A stretch of DNA of 63,409 nt, the filler included, from Basidioascus undulatus (Eukaryota), in assembly GCA_000826855.1 (NCBI GenBank). It is 8 parts of 8 records of this genome, joined end to end, with 100 filler letters (N's around TTAATTAATTAA, not from the genome) between each part and the next. Parts side by side here need not be neighbours in the genome. Positions count along the whole stretch, not along the records: positions 1 to 26,016 come from JTLS01000197.1; positions 26,117 to 31,337 come from JTLS01001973.1; 6 more parts are not named here. One strand, written 5' to 3'. The notes beneath the pieces were generated by a model that did not search any database, was not told the DNA's origin, and saw nothing but the letters and a program-made list of their open reading frames with translations. Position numbers and translations under genes: made by a program. The stretch's first letter is position 1. Each line of letters opens with the position of its first letter. Of the stretch, positions 13,208-26,190 are shown in pieces.

Positions 13208-13875
13208 AGAGGTGGAGGACATCTTGTGTGATGGACATTTTGAAAATTTATTTACGACATTGACCATTGCGTCGCGCTGTCGGAGGACAGCTTGCAGCGA
13301 ACAAGTGTTGAGGTAGTCTACCCATATTCGCTGCCTCACGCAATACATTATTGATGAATGCTAAACACGGACACAGCCCCTCAAGTGGCTGCTGGAGATT
13401 CACGGACAGCACCGCCGTCAAGGGAGGAATATCGACCATGACCGCACCTACATTGTGTGTGCTCTGGGGATCTATGGGAACGCACTGCATGTCCTCCCCA
13501 AAATGGAAAAACAAAAGTTTGGCATCCGAAAGTGTTTGAGGAATAGAAACTGCCGGCGCGGGGTTTTAGAACACTGCAGGCGAATCCGGCCTTCGGCTCA
13601 GTATCTGGCTTGAGCCACCCAGAGTTCTTGTCCTGATGCAGCAGCACGGTTTGAACATAATATCTTATATCTTTTTAAGAAAGTCTATTGCACGTAAAAT
13701 TCCATGAAAAGGTCTCGCTTCACGTTAACGACAGACGCGATTCCCACGGTCGTCTCGTGATATGACGCCGGCTGCCCGGATAATCGCGGCTAACGGCCCC
13801 TGGAGTCGCTCTTGCTCTTTTGCGCTCTTCCAACCCTCTACCTCTCGAACCACTCTACCGACCTCCTCAGCCATC

Positions 13876-16664
13876 ATGTCTTCCAGCAGTTCGTCCAAAG
13901 CCTCCCACCCCAACAATGCTTGAACCGCCGAGCTGACGACCGGCATTGCCAGACAAGCACATCCTCTCTTCGCCCTCGACCCTCGTCCAGGACGCACTCC
14001 AGGGCCTGGCGAGGCTGAACCCCCAGCTTACCTTTGATCCGGAGTCTCGAGGTGTGCATTCTTATGTTCATAAGATTGGTGGATGGATGCGGGACAGAAT
14101 CCGCACGCATGGGGATATAGCGACGCTGAACGCCGTGAATGCGTCCACCCGCAGTGCTCTACCGCCAGGTGGACAACTCGAAAGTCTCCCTCATCGCCGG
14201 CGGCGGCTCAGGTGTGTTCAGCGCTTCTTCGACTATGTCTGAGGAGCTAGAATGGTGATCACTGACGGTACACTCCAGGCCACGAGCCCGCGCATGCCAG
14301 CTATGTCGGCGGAGGCATGCTCACCGCTGCCGTTCCTGGCAACGTCTTTGCCTCGCCGAACACGGCGCAGATCCTGCGGGGAATCGAGCTGGCTAGCTCA
14401 GAGGCTGGGTGAGTGTCACGGCGCTGCTCTAATACGGACACGAGCTGGTTCTGAGCCTTGCTTCGCAGAACCCTCATCATCGTCAAGAGTACGCTTTCAG
14501 TCCCCGCCGTCCTTCTTCCGTACAGCTGACTGTCGAGTTTGATTCTGAAACAGACTACACTGGGTGAGTGCGAAAGCACACGAGTACGTTCTAATTCTTG
14601 CTCACTCTGCTTCTGCAGCGACGTCCTCCACTTCGGTCTCGCGAAGGAGAAGCACGCCGCCCAGAACCCGTCCGCGGCGGCCAAGACGCGTTTCATCAAT
14701 GTCACCGACGACGTGAGCGTGGGACGCGAGCAGGGCGGCATCGTCGGTCGCCGCGGCCTCGCGGGAACCGTTCTGGTTCACAAGATCGCCGGCGCGCTTG
14801 CTGCTGAGGTGCGCGTCCCACGCAAACCGAGGCTCTCAGGCACTTGACGCTGACATACGTGGATGATCTTAAGGGCGGGAGCATCGATGCGGTAGAAAAC
14901 ATTGCGAAGTATGTCAACTCGCGGCTGGCGACGCTTGGTGCTGGGCTCGACCACGTCCATGTGCGTTTGTGGTGAGCACTGATGCTTGACTCTATCAATG
15001 CTGACATGCCTTGCCGCGTCACCAGGTGCCAGGCACAGAGGTGTCGGAGGCGTACTTGAAGTCCGACGAGCTCGAGGTTGGAATGGGTACGTCTTCGTCT
15101 GCAGCGCAGCAGCCTCCTGCGGTTCTCTAACGGTCTCGACCTCACAACAGGCATTCACAACGAGCCCGTTCGTCCTTTCCCCCCTTACAGTACCGTCACT
15201 CAGCATGCCTGCAGACTGAGAACTGTTTCTTTCCTTATTTGTTCAGGGCTTCCAAAAGCTTCGCCCTATTCCCCCCGCACCCGAGCTCATCAGCAACCTC
15301 GTCGAGACGCTCACTTCCACATCCGACAAGGACCGCAGCTTCTTGCCATTCGAGCACAACGGCAAGGATGAGGTCGTCCTGCTCGTCAACAACCTGTGAG
15401 GCCCCTCCACTATTTCCACCGCACCTGAAGATCCATGCCTGACTGTCGTGCCTTTTCAGCGGCGGATTGAGCGAGCTCGAGCTGTCGAGCGTCGCTGAGC
15501 ATGCCGTTACGACTTTCGAGAAGAAGAACATCAAGGTCAAGCGGCTGCTGGTCGGGACGTTCATGGTGTGCCCCCTGTATTCTCGGCGTCTTCTAGCTGC
15601 AGCTGGTTCTGACAGATCTACGCCTCGCCAGACCTCGCTCAACATGCCCGGCTTCTCCCTCACCGTCCTGCTTTTGCCGGCGCAGAAGGACGTCGCCGGC
15701 AACAACGTCCCAGCGCCCTCTTCCCTCCTCGCGCTGCTCGACGCACCTGCCAACGCGCCCGGATGGAAGTGGCATGCGCCTGCGGCCCCTCGGTCGAGGG
15801 AGGCATTTACCAAGGCCGCGGAGCAGGCGAAGGAGAAGAAGGAGCAGGGAGCTAAGGGCCCGGCCGGTAAGTCATCACCTGCTCAGATATCTGTCCTCGA
15901 GCAGCTTGGAGCTCATCTCCCTGATTCCCGGGACAGCGGCGGACCCGAAGAAGTTCGTGGACGCCCTCTGCGCGGCGGCCAAGAGTGTTATCGACGCAGA
16001 GCAGGAGATCACGCGCCTCGACACCGTCGCGGGCGACGGCGACTGCGGGCTGACGCTGAAGGCCGGCGCCGAGGGTCAGTCGTCTTTCTACGCCCCAGCT
16101 AGCGTCTGTTACTGACCCGGATCTTTGCCTTCGTGCCCCAGGCGTGCTGAAGCGGATCGAGAACGGCGCAATCGACGGCTCTGACATCGTCAAAGCCGTG
16201 CTGGAAATCTCCGAGGTTGCCGAGAACGACATGGGCGGTATGTGCTCGTGTCCCAAGGCTGGCTTTGCGATTCCAGAAGCTCATTGCCGGCCCGGGATAT
16301 AGGTACCTCCGGCGCGCTGTACTCCATCTATTTCTCAGCCCTGGGCTCCGCAATCCGCTCTTCTCAGCCTACCGAGGCGCTGTCCACGGCACTCAAGACG
16401 CTCTACACCTACACGCGCGCCCGCCCACCGTCGCGCACGCTCGTCGATCCGCTCGATGCGTTCGTGACCTCTGTCGCAGGCGGTGCATCGCCCAAGGACG
16501 CGCTCGAGAAGGCGCGCGAGGCGACCGAGAAGGGCAAGGAGCTCGTCGCCAAGGCCGGACGCGCCGCTTACGTCGGCCAGGACGACCTTCAAAAGCAGGC
16601 CGTCCCTGACCCGGGCGCAGTGGGCGTCGTCAAGCTGCTTGAGGGCTTCTTGAGCGTGTACTGA
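13876..16664 (+). CDS. DAK1: Dihydroxyacetone kinase (fused DhaK/DhaL domains), multi-exon
   Basis: [131 protein letters not shown]...PDPGAVGV. Confidence 0.95.
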
Positions 16665-16792
16665 TCGGAAATTGCGCCCGTTGCATATGTAGAATAATGT
16701 AGAATGCGAGCCATTGAGGACTTTGCCAATTTGGTCGGTCTCAAAGCGAAAATAGAGCAGCAAACAAGGACTATGAAATAGTCGGTCCACCC

Positions 16793-19291
16793 TCACTCCC
16801 GCATCCGCTTTCCGCCAGCAACGCCCTTTCCCGCCGCCTTCGACCCGCGCAGCCTCCCCAAAGCTACAATGCCCTTCTGCTTGGCCGCGATACCCTTCGC
16901 CTTCGCCGCCGCAGCGCGGACGATAGGGTTGACCCTCTTAGACGCCCGCACCCCGACCGCTGCAACGGTCGTGCCCTCCTTCGGCACAGCCGACTGTGCG
17001 CCGGACGTCGCAGCCAAGGCAGCGCGGCGTGTGGACGAGCGGCGCGGCAGGACGGCGGGATCAGTCGAGACCGCTGCGCCGACTGAGCCCGTCGCTGGCT
17101 TCCGCATGAGCGCGACCTTGGCCGCCCGCACGACCGCCGCTGTGCGCTGTCCCCCCCGCCCAAGGATGGCAACAGCGGCAGACATCGCCTTAGGCTTCGA
17201 GGCGGCTGCCGATGACCGAAGGCGCGACGGAGAGGAAGGCGACGACTCCGCTTTAGCCTGGCTGCGTGCCGAAGGGGACACAGCTTTCGCAGGAGACGAG
17301 GCGGGCGCGGGCGCGGAGGCGGACATTGCGACTCCTGCACGGGACTTGCGCTGCCCGCGGCTCTTCTTGAGCGACTCGTTCAGCTCCTCCTCGAGCTCCT
17401 TGGCCGAGCGCTTTCCGATGAAGCCGGTGCACTCCGGAGATCCGCAGGCGCATTTCTGCGCGACCTGTACTCCCAGAGTGGGCAGGTTGGTCAGCGGGCT
17501 CCTCAATCGTCGTGAAGAGGTTGAGCTAGACGCACCGCATCGCCGATCAAAGCCCATTTGTAGTCGTAAAGCAGCTCTTCTCCCCGCTTGATGTCCCGTC
17601 GCGCAATTAGACCGATCTGGTGATGAACGTTCAGCAATTCCCTTGATACTGCAGCTAGATGCAGGGGCATACCTCATACTCGTCCCACCCGTCGCCAGCT
17701 CGCTTCAAGCGCACTACATCGAGGTTTGCCGCTGGAGGATGGCAAGGGTTGAGCGCTTGCTTCAACATTAGCACAAGCAGGCCAAAAACGCACCCGATCC
17801 GCACGCGTGGTTGATGAACCTGTCCGAGATCGATGTCAGCCATGGGGGATCAAGGCGGGACGCAAGACGCTGAGAACGCACCGGGCATTGTTACCCTTGA
17901 GTCCAGCATCCAGGTAGTCTCCACTCTCGGGCTCGTAAGACATGACATAGCCATCTTCGAAAGCAGCCGACTTCAGCCGCGTGTCCATTACTCGACTTGC
18001 TGCGCAAGACTGACCATTCCAGCCTTTATAAACTGTCACCAGGCGGTGTTGAAGCTCCTCGTACGATATGATCTGAAAAAGAGTACTCCTGAGTAGAAGC
18101 CCGTGATATATGCACGCCAACGCACTTCGCCTCGATACTCCACCACGAAAGTGCCCTTTGCGATGGGCTGCGCTGCACGTAGACCGAAACCGCGAGAGCC
18201 GGTCTGTACGTGAAATAGTAAGCTCCACAGTATCTCGGCAGGATGAATTATGAGAACAGGCGCGACGCACGTAGAAGATCTTGGTCTTGGCCTCCTTCCG
18301 CTTGCTGAAAGGCACGTTGTCACACTTGCATGACCGAGAGCAGAAGTAGGACCTGTAAGAAAAGTTGTTAGTACGTAACAACGACAAAGCAAACGATAAT
18401 GCCGCACATGCATCTGAAGGTCCGATTGTGAGCAAGACAGCCGAGGCAGGGTGTAGACAAGTGGCGCACTTGTTGATGCAGTCATCTCCGCAAACCTTCA
18501 CGCCCTTCTTCTTCGGGCAGAGGCACTCAGCAGGCTCGCCGTAGCGATACGGGCTGCGGTCCACATAGACGTCTGGCGACGAGAGAGGTGTCAGTGTACT
18601 TTCAGGGAAAATGATCAGAACGAGACAGCCACGCACTCGTCCGCAGCCGAATATAGCTGGGCGGGCTCCTCTGCTCCGCCAGGAGCCCGTGCTCCCAGGC
18701 GTGCACGATGTCGAAGGGCAAACGAAAGTCGGTCTCGTCTTCCAGCCAAAAGTCGCCTTCATCCTTGGGCAGCGGCAGCAGCGGGGGCGGGGGCGCGGCC
18801 AGCGAGCGACGCTTGGCGGCGCGCAGCGCGCGGTCGGTGATCGGCGACGGCGCGGGCAGAGATGATCGTTTCTTCGAGGGGGAGAGGAGAGCGAGCGTCG
18901 GGTCTGTGTACAGCCCAGCTGTGAGAAAGGTTTTCCGAGGGATCTTGGACGGCGCTGGTCCGGTGTCGCACGACTCTGAGTCGTCCGCGTCGCCGTCCTC
19001 GTCCTCGTCGCTCTCCCCGTCAAACGAAGCGCCGCGGCGGAGGGGCTCGCTCAATCTCGAGCGCTTCGAGCCGTTGAATGCCACAAGCGCTCCGATTCTT
19101 CCCTTTCCAGGCTGCGGGAGCGGGTCGGAGAGCCGACGTTTGAGTGAAGATGCGGTTGAGATGCTCGAGGAAGGGGTACCCGGCCCAGCGCGTGACCAGC
19201 CGACGACGTTGGCGAGCTCTTTCAGAGCGTTGGTGGAAACACGTTGGCTTCGTCGAGGTCCCAACGGTGCGGATGAGCGCGTTCCAACCAT
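16793..19291 (-). CDS. SET-domain histone lysine methyltransferase, Ash1-like (AWS-SET-postSET)
   Basis: RKTFLTAGLY and DFRLPFDI (typical of fungal Ash1 N-termini), Cys-rich AWS CLCPKK...CGDDCIN, TGSRGFGLRA...KGTFVVEYRGE, YLDAGLKGNNAR/FINHAC, GEELLYDY, post-SET CACGSPECTGFIGK, then a basic Ala/Lys-rich tail. No WW or SRI domain seen, which argues against Set2. Confidence 0.88.
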
Positions 19292-21346
19292 CGCAGCGGC
19301 GATGAGGTGAACGAGGTGGAGATCGTGGTGGTACGAAGTAGAGATGGAATCGCGCCAGGCACGCGCGGCTTGCTTCCGACGCGTCTGGGCTCATTTGCCA
19401 AGGTCCCGCCGAATGCCAGATCACAGCCTGAATGGAGGTATTCATGGCATTCGGCACACGAGCCTCGCTTATTTTGAGTTATACTCTTCCACCATGCTAC
19501 ACAGCGTCGAGGTGGGTGTGTGGTGCAGTCATCTGAAGGCTGTGCGCTGTGCCATGCACAGCTGAAACTCACCCGATTTACCAGGCTTCGTTAGGAAACA
19601 TGACCACCGTGAAACGCGTCAACACCTTTTCAAAGAAAATAAAACATTCAAGTCTTAATAGAGCAAAATCACAAGACGCATAAAAACTAAGCAGACCTTC
19701 CGCTTCCGGATCCCCTCCTCGTCTTCTCCTGAGGCCTGGTGCCACGCCTACAAACGCACAGCCTTGCAAACAACCGTTGAGACGTGTACAATGTACCCAG
19801 CTGGGTAAATTTGCACTACACTATCCCAACACATAGTCATGTCTCAGTCAAAATGGGTCGCCGCTGATTTGCCATCACCACAGAAATTCTCGCACAGCTG
19901 AATGAATACTTGTGGAGGTACGGACTAGTTTCCCCACCTCATGTTCTTCTGTAACCAAGTGGGAGAACCTTTATATAACTTTCTGTCAGTGAACGTAGAA
20001 ATCAAATTCCTAATCGTCCAACGGTTGACATCAGCTGTGGTGTCCCTGCGTGCAGTCGACTCTGTCCGTAGCATTGGACTGCCTGGCAGTGCGCATTGCG
20101 CACCAGGAAAGACGTCTAGAGCGTGTCAGGTAGAGCAAATTGTTGGATATAGGAACCGCAGCCCTCACTGAACAGCTGAAATGCTTCTGAAAGTAGCAAG
20201 TTGTGTGCCCCGCTGTAGTGCGCCGTAAACCTTGAGTACGACCCCCCCACCACCGCTCCGTGAGATCGAGCTGAGTGCCGGCATCTTCTATTTCATGGAC
20301 TTATACCCATACATCTGGCGGGCTGTAATTTCAAGCTATCCAGTCGATGGACCGCCCTCACATTCAAGTCACCAGATCTCCAACGAGGTTTCTGCCGCCG
20401 CAAGTACGTCGACAGTGGATGTCCTGCGCGCATTCAACGAGCTTCAGTTTCGCCGCGAGAACGCAACATCACTCCTTTAAGTCCAGTTCTGTCAGTAAGC
20501 AGAGTCAAGAGTTTTCATAGGGCTTCGACCGCCTGGGTATTGGACGTCCAGTCGTGCGCCCGCAGACGCTCGGTTTAAGCGAACGCACCAACGCACTGTT
20601 TTGAAGAAGCCATCTAACAGCATTGCCCCCATCGCTTGCTTTTCTTGCCTGACAAATGCAATCTCGCCAACTTACAGTATGCTTAAATGTTCTAGTAGTA
20701 TCGTTAATGGAAAGTAAAACAAGACTGGCTGGACTCCGGTTGTTCAAACCGGGCCGCACCCTTCCTGCTCAGCCCAACTCTACAGAGCATTTAAAACGGA
20801 AAATTTATTCGTAACCCTCCACTAAGGACGAAATGGAAAAGCAAAGCCGCCCATAAGCTGTCGATCCAAGTCGACCAAGCTGCGTTCCACCAACTTGACC
20901 CATCAACCCAAGTCCGCACTTTCCCCCTCCACGCACGCAGCCTGTCCACGTTCTTGTACTGTGCCAAAAGATGCATGACTGCGCGCCAAATGAAGCATGA
21001 CTGTAGCGAAAGAGATGACCGAATATCCGAGAGTAAGATGAGGATCGGATGGCGCTGATGTGAATGGTAGGCGTAGGTAAGACAACAGGTCGAACGGTAA
21101 CAAGACGAGGGATGGGATGAGTAGGAAGAAGCAAGAAGGTAGTGGAGCGCTCGATGCTGCCCGCTCGGTGAGGGTGAGGGCGAGGGCGGGAGAAGGTGAA
21201 TGCGAGTAGGGGATGGCGGTACATTAAAGAACGTTGAGGGGATCGGAAGTGGCGTGAGAATCAAGGTGGAAGTGAGGACGGTAGGTGATTAAACAAAGCA
21301 AAAATGGGTGCACGAGAGCCTACGGCCCAGCCCGACGCAGCGCAGC

Positions 21347-24300
21347 TCAGATCTCGTCCTCCTGCGGCTGGAACGTGATGACCTCCTGTATGCACACGCA
21401 TGTACCCATCAGCACTCGAGTTCCCAGCACAAGAGCACAAGAGGAAATAAGAGAATGAGAAAGAGCGACGTACCATGACGGTCTTGCCCCCGCGCTTGCA
21501 GAGCAGGACGCACTTGTCCTCCATGAAGCTGATGCGCCACACGGCCTCGCACGGCTCCGAGAGGTCGCGGATGCGCTGGCCGGTCGCGATGTCCCAGATC
21601 TTGACCTTGCCGTCGTTCCCGCCCGAGATGATGAAGCGGTCCTGGGGCGTCGCAACTAGGCGTGTCAGTATGGACTCAAGCAAAAACGGGAGGGGAGGAG
21701 GAAACGCACGTCGAACTGCAGACACGTAACGCTGTTGTCGTGCGCGCAGATGCGGTGCAGGCACTCGAACGTCGCGAGCGAGAAGACGATCACGCGCCCG
21801 TCCGACCCGCCCGTGACGAGGATGCTGTCCGTCAGCTGGAGCTGGCCGACAAGCGACGTGTGGCCCTGGAGGAGAGCGAGGCATTCGCTGTTTTCCCGCA
21901 CCCACTCGCGTCAGTCTCAACGTCTTGAAAGAGTGAAAGGGGACAGGAGAGGAAAGAAAGAATAGGGGAGGGGAGGGGAAGGGACAGGGAAGAAGGAAGG
22001 CGCACCCAGTGAGGGCGCTCCACACGCGCACGGTCGAGTCCAGGCTGCCCGTGGCGACGCGGATGCCGTCGAACGCGACGGCGTAGATCTGGTGGATGTG
22101 TCCCCGGAAGACGTGCAAGCACTCGCCCGTGTCGACGTCCCACATCTGTTCCGCAACCCGACCGCATCAATCATCAGCACCATCCCCATGGCGGCCTAGA
22201 AGCATGGCAAGAAAAAGGTGCGGGCAAGATGCATGCAAGTTGAGCGAGGAAGACGCACCCGACACGTGCAGTCATAGCTCCCGCTGACAACGCGGTTCCC
22301 CGCGACCTCGACGCAGCGGACCGAGTGCTGGTGCCCGGCGAGGACGTGAACAAGTGCGCCCTTCTCAACGTCCCAAACGCGGAGGGTCGCGTCGCGCGAG
22401 CCCGAGACGGCGATCGGCCGACCGGGGAGGACCTTGAGGCAGCGGATCGTGGACGTGTGCCCGCGCAGCGTGTGCAGGCACTTTCTGCGAATGGGACGGC
22501 CGTATGGTCAGCACCGTAGGGGTGGCGCGGAAGAGGTGCGGTGCCGGCGGTAGGGTGCGAAGCGATGGGGGATGAAGAGTAGAAGGGAAAGCGGGGAGAG
22601 AGGGCAGGACGACTAACCCAGAAGCCACGTCCCAAACCCTTACGTCCCGATCGCACCCGCCCGAAACGACGATGCTCCCCTTCTGGCCCCATCCCCTGAC
22701 GCTCCCACACACATTCGACCCGCCGTCTCGTCCGCCCGCGCCGGGCGCCGGGCCCGCAGGTCCTCCAAAGCCGGGTGCGAAGCCCGGGAAGGCGTGGCTG
22801 CTCGGGCGGGTGGGACCGTCGGGGCCGGGCGAGGACGCGGTGGACGTGGACGCGTGCCCCGGGTACCCAGCGTACATGTCGAACCCGAGGCCGGTGGAGA
22901 AGTGGGAGGGGGCCGCGCCGGGGGTGGGGGACGTGGAGAGGATGGTTTGCGGGACGGCACCGGCGGCACCGGCGGAGGGGTGCTCGAAGACGGGCGAGTT
23001 GCCCGCACTCTGGGTCTTTCCGCGCCGGCGCTTCGGCGTCTGCTGCTGTTGGAAGGGGTCGGCGGGGTCGAATTGCGTGGAGGGGGGGGAGGGCTCCGGG
23101 AGGGGCCCGCCGCCGGCGGAGACGAGGACGAGGCACCACACGCCGAGCTCGTGCCCCTCGAGCGCGCCCCGCCACCGGCCCGTGACCGCGTCGAAGACGT
23201 GGATCTTACAGTTGGCCATACCCACGATGATGTACTTGTCGTCGAGCGCGAGCGAAGTCACGACGCCGTCGTCGGGCGAGACGTGGGAGGAGAGCAGGCG
23301 GCCTCCACGGAGCCAGTTGGATTCTGCGGGGGGAAAGGAGGGTTTCGCAAAATGAGCTGTCCATCCCGAATAAAGGGGTGCGCTCGGACGCACCAGTGAG
23401 ATAAGCACGCTTGAAATGCCGCTTGTAGCTGAACCCGGCGTCCTCCGTCTGCTTGCCCTTGCCCTTGCCCTCCGGGGGCGCGCTCGTGCTGCCGTCGCCC
23501 ATCATGCGCCCGCGGGCCTTGCTGCCCATGCTGACGCTCCTGCGCTGGACAGCGCTCGCCGAAAGCGGGCTGGGCCGCACAATGCGCGGCGGCTGCTGCT
23601 GCTGGAGCGGAAGCCAGCTCTCCTCGGGCTGCTGCTGCTGCTGCGGGAGTGGGAAAAAGGGTGCGGCGGTGGGGGACGTGGCCGCGGTCGAGGCTGCGAA
23701 GGGGGAAGACGTCGAGGCGAGGGGCGCGGCGAGGAGCATGTCCTCGTCCTCGTCCTGGGCGGAGTTGGTGGAGGTTACGCTGGTCCTGCGCGCAAGCGAG
23801 TTGGCGCGGTAGAAGGCGACGCGGGAACCAAGGGCGGCGGCGATGGTGGAGCCCGAGGGGCGGAAGCGGTGCTTGTCGCACATCTCCTTCCACGTGTACT
23901 CGTCCTCGACGACCTCCTTCCACCAGCGGCTGACCTGGCTCGCGCGCGCGAGCGTGCGCGGCTCGTCGATGAAGGAGAGGATGTGGAGGCTGACCTCGAG
24001 CGGGAGCTCCTTGAGGAAGTCGCGCTTGAGTCGCGGCTGGATGAGGTGGTTGAGGTGGACGCATTCCGAGACGTTCAGGAGCGGGACGAGGCGCGAGAGG
24101 AGGTCTTGTCGGCCGTGCGGGGGGAGCTGAGCGAAGGAGAGGAGGAGCGCCTGGGCGGGGTCGATGCCGGAGGAGGAAGAGGAGGAAGAGCCGGCGGAGG
24201 TGCCCGGCTCGAAGGGCGTGGGCGGCGCGGGCACCCACGAGTTGGGGAAGGATGTTGCGTGTGGGCGTGGGGAGGGCGCAGGCGTAGGCGGGGAGACAGC

Positions 24301-24480
24301 GCGGGTGGGGACGAGGATGGTCTGTGTCACTGCGGACGCGATGGAGCTGTCTGCTGAAGTGTCTGGTGTCGCGGGTCGCGAGTCGAGGACGATTGCGGAC
24401 GTGGGGGAGCCCCAGTCGGCCGCAGAGGGTGCGGGCGCGCTAGGTTGCGGCGAGGGGGCTGCGTATGCGTCGGAATACAT
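21347..24480 (-). CDS. F-box/WD40-repeat SCF substrate receptor (Cdc4/Fbxw7-like)
   Basis: F-box RDFLKELPLEVSLHILSFIDEPRTLARASQVSRWW; WD40 repeats GHELGVW, VVSGGCDRDVRVWD, GHTSTIRC...VSGSRDATLRVWD, GHQHSVRC...VSGSYDCTCR, GHIHQIYAVAFDG...TGSLDSTVRVW, GHTSLVGQLQL, ISGGNDGKVKIWD; ends EVITFQPQEDEI*. Confidence 0.93.
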
Positions 24481-26016
24481 CGTCCTTCTTCTGAGCGGGA
24501 GGAGATGATGGGGGAAGGAGGAGAAAGAGGGGGCGGGGGAGAGAGAGAGACGCAGTCAGTCAGCTATGACCTTTCAATCGCAACGGCGCGGGCAGGCGAC
24601 GCTGCTGATAAGCACAGCAGCCGATGTGTGCGGGCGGCGAGCAAAAAGGAGCGAGCAGGTCGGACTGAAGCGAAGGCTGATCGCCCAAGGGCCACGAGGC
24701 ACCGCAGACAGAGACACCCGGGCGAGATCGACATCGCCTCTAGCCACACCGGGAGTGCCCCAGCTAGCGAGAGCCACATCAAACCCTAGCATAATCAACA
24801 ATTACTCCCAGCTCACACTCTGCACCCACCACAAGATCCAGATCCAGCGAGCCCAGGTACTTCCACTGCGAGCGAACGCACATACGGACAGAGGCAGACT
24901 CACAATCTGGCTCAATCCGCTCGTTCGTCAGTCGTGGGCTTAGCAGGGCGTCGGATTCGGGATTCGTGAGACCAGAGAGTTATGATATTCTACGCGTGTA
25001 GGTCGCGGACAGTGTCGGGGGCGGAACGAGGGGAATGGAAGGATGGGCTTGAGGAGGGATGGCAGGTAAGGGCAGACCGAAGTCGATGGGAGGCGGGGCG
25101 AGCGGTGGGCCGGGGCTCAGCTTGGCTCAGCCGCACTCGGCTTGATGACTGATTCAGATCCCAGTCGTTCGTTCCCAGCGTCGCTCCTACTCCTGCTGCT
25201 GTCTTCTCTGAAAAACCCCTGGGGTTTCAGTATTTCATTATGTACAAAAAGGCGTGTCTATGACCCGCAGAAAGCATTGATTGTCAGGAGGCGCTTGTAG
25301 TACCCTGCTATATAAAGTACTGCTGCAGTCCTTTCGCTGCCAATTTCGCAACACCGCCATCAGGACCAACTCCTGAGTCTTCCCCGGATCATTCATCTAA
25401 CAAGTCATTCATGTAGCGGTTCTGCAGTGTGCCCAGATTCTGGGGCAGCAAGGCTTCCTGGGCCACATTCGCTTTTGCGATGCGAAAGTGGGAGCTGAGG
25501 GAGGCCCGGGCCTTCACAGTCGGACAGTGAATGCGAAAGACCATCTTTTTGGGAAGAAGCATAAAAAGCCCAGAGCAGAGGATAAAGGGTTCATCATGCT
25601 TGTCATTGTGCATGCAGCATATCAAAGGCCCCGTAAGGCAAGTGGGAACAGGCCAGTTGCCCGAAACTGAATTCGAGCAGCAAGTAGCAAGCCGTCTTCA
25701 TCTGTAGCCCACTATGTGGGCTCTAATTTGACGTGCTGATGTAATACCCCACTCGTCGCCATTTCCCCGCTCGGAGAGAACCCGAGCGATAACAACCGCG
25801 ACTTCATGCGGAGCGTTCGTCTGTCCCCAACGGCGTTGCGTTCGAGTGGGGAGAACACGGGAGTTGGCTAGGTAAGCTGGGAGGTTAAATAACTCCCCAC
25901 AACAGTATTTCCATTGAAAGACTCGACCACACCGGCCTGGTTCACTGGCGTAGGACCTGAACAGGCAGGCTGTCGCTGCAAGCAAGGTTCCTCGACAGCT
26001 CGTCGACGTCTCCCCC

Positions 26017-26116
26017 NNNNNNNNNNNNNNNNNNNNNNNNNNNNNNNNNNNNNNNNNNNNTTAATTAATTAANNNNNNNNNNNNNNNNNNNNNNNNNNNN
26101 NNNNNNNNNNNNNNNN
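26017..26116. other. Artificial contig-joining spacer (N44-TTAATTAATTAA-N44); identical spacers at 31338-31437, 36690-36789, 42037-42136, 47383-47482, 52728-52827 and 58073-58172
   Basis: Identical 100-bp structure each time, with an all-frame stop linker; genes are cut off at these boundaries. Confidence 0.99.
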
Positions 26117-26190
26117 CTCCCCTCTCACCCCTCCTCCGCCACCTTCCCCCATCCACGGCCGGCCGCTAACGCGCCGCCCGCGCCGAGCAG

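Noticed and set aside
22174..24357. Several 200-330 aa overlapping and antisense ORFs over the F-box/WD40 gene (similar cases over ILV6, the SET gene and SEC5)
   Set aside because: Shadow ORFs expected from GC-rich coding sequence; Arg/Pro/Gly-rich with no motifs.
25488..25670. HLFGKKHKK resembling the end of a U1/matrin-type zinc finger
   Set aside because: The upstream CxxC is absent in frame; too short to support a call.
26061..26072. Recurrent TTAATTAATTAA palindrome (7 copies)
   Set aside because: Always centred in N-runs of fixed length; a synthetic linker.
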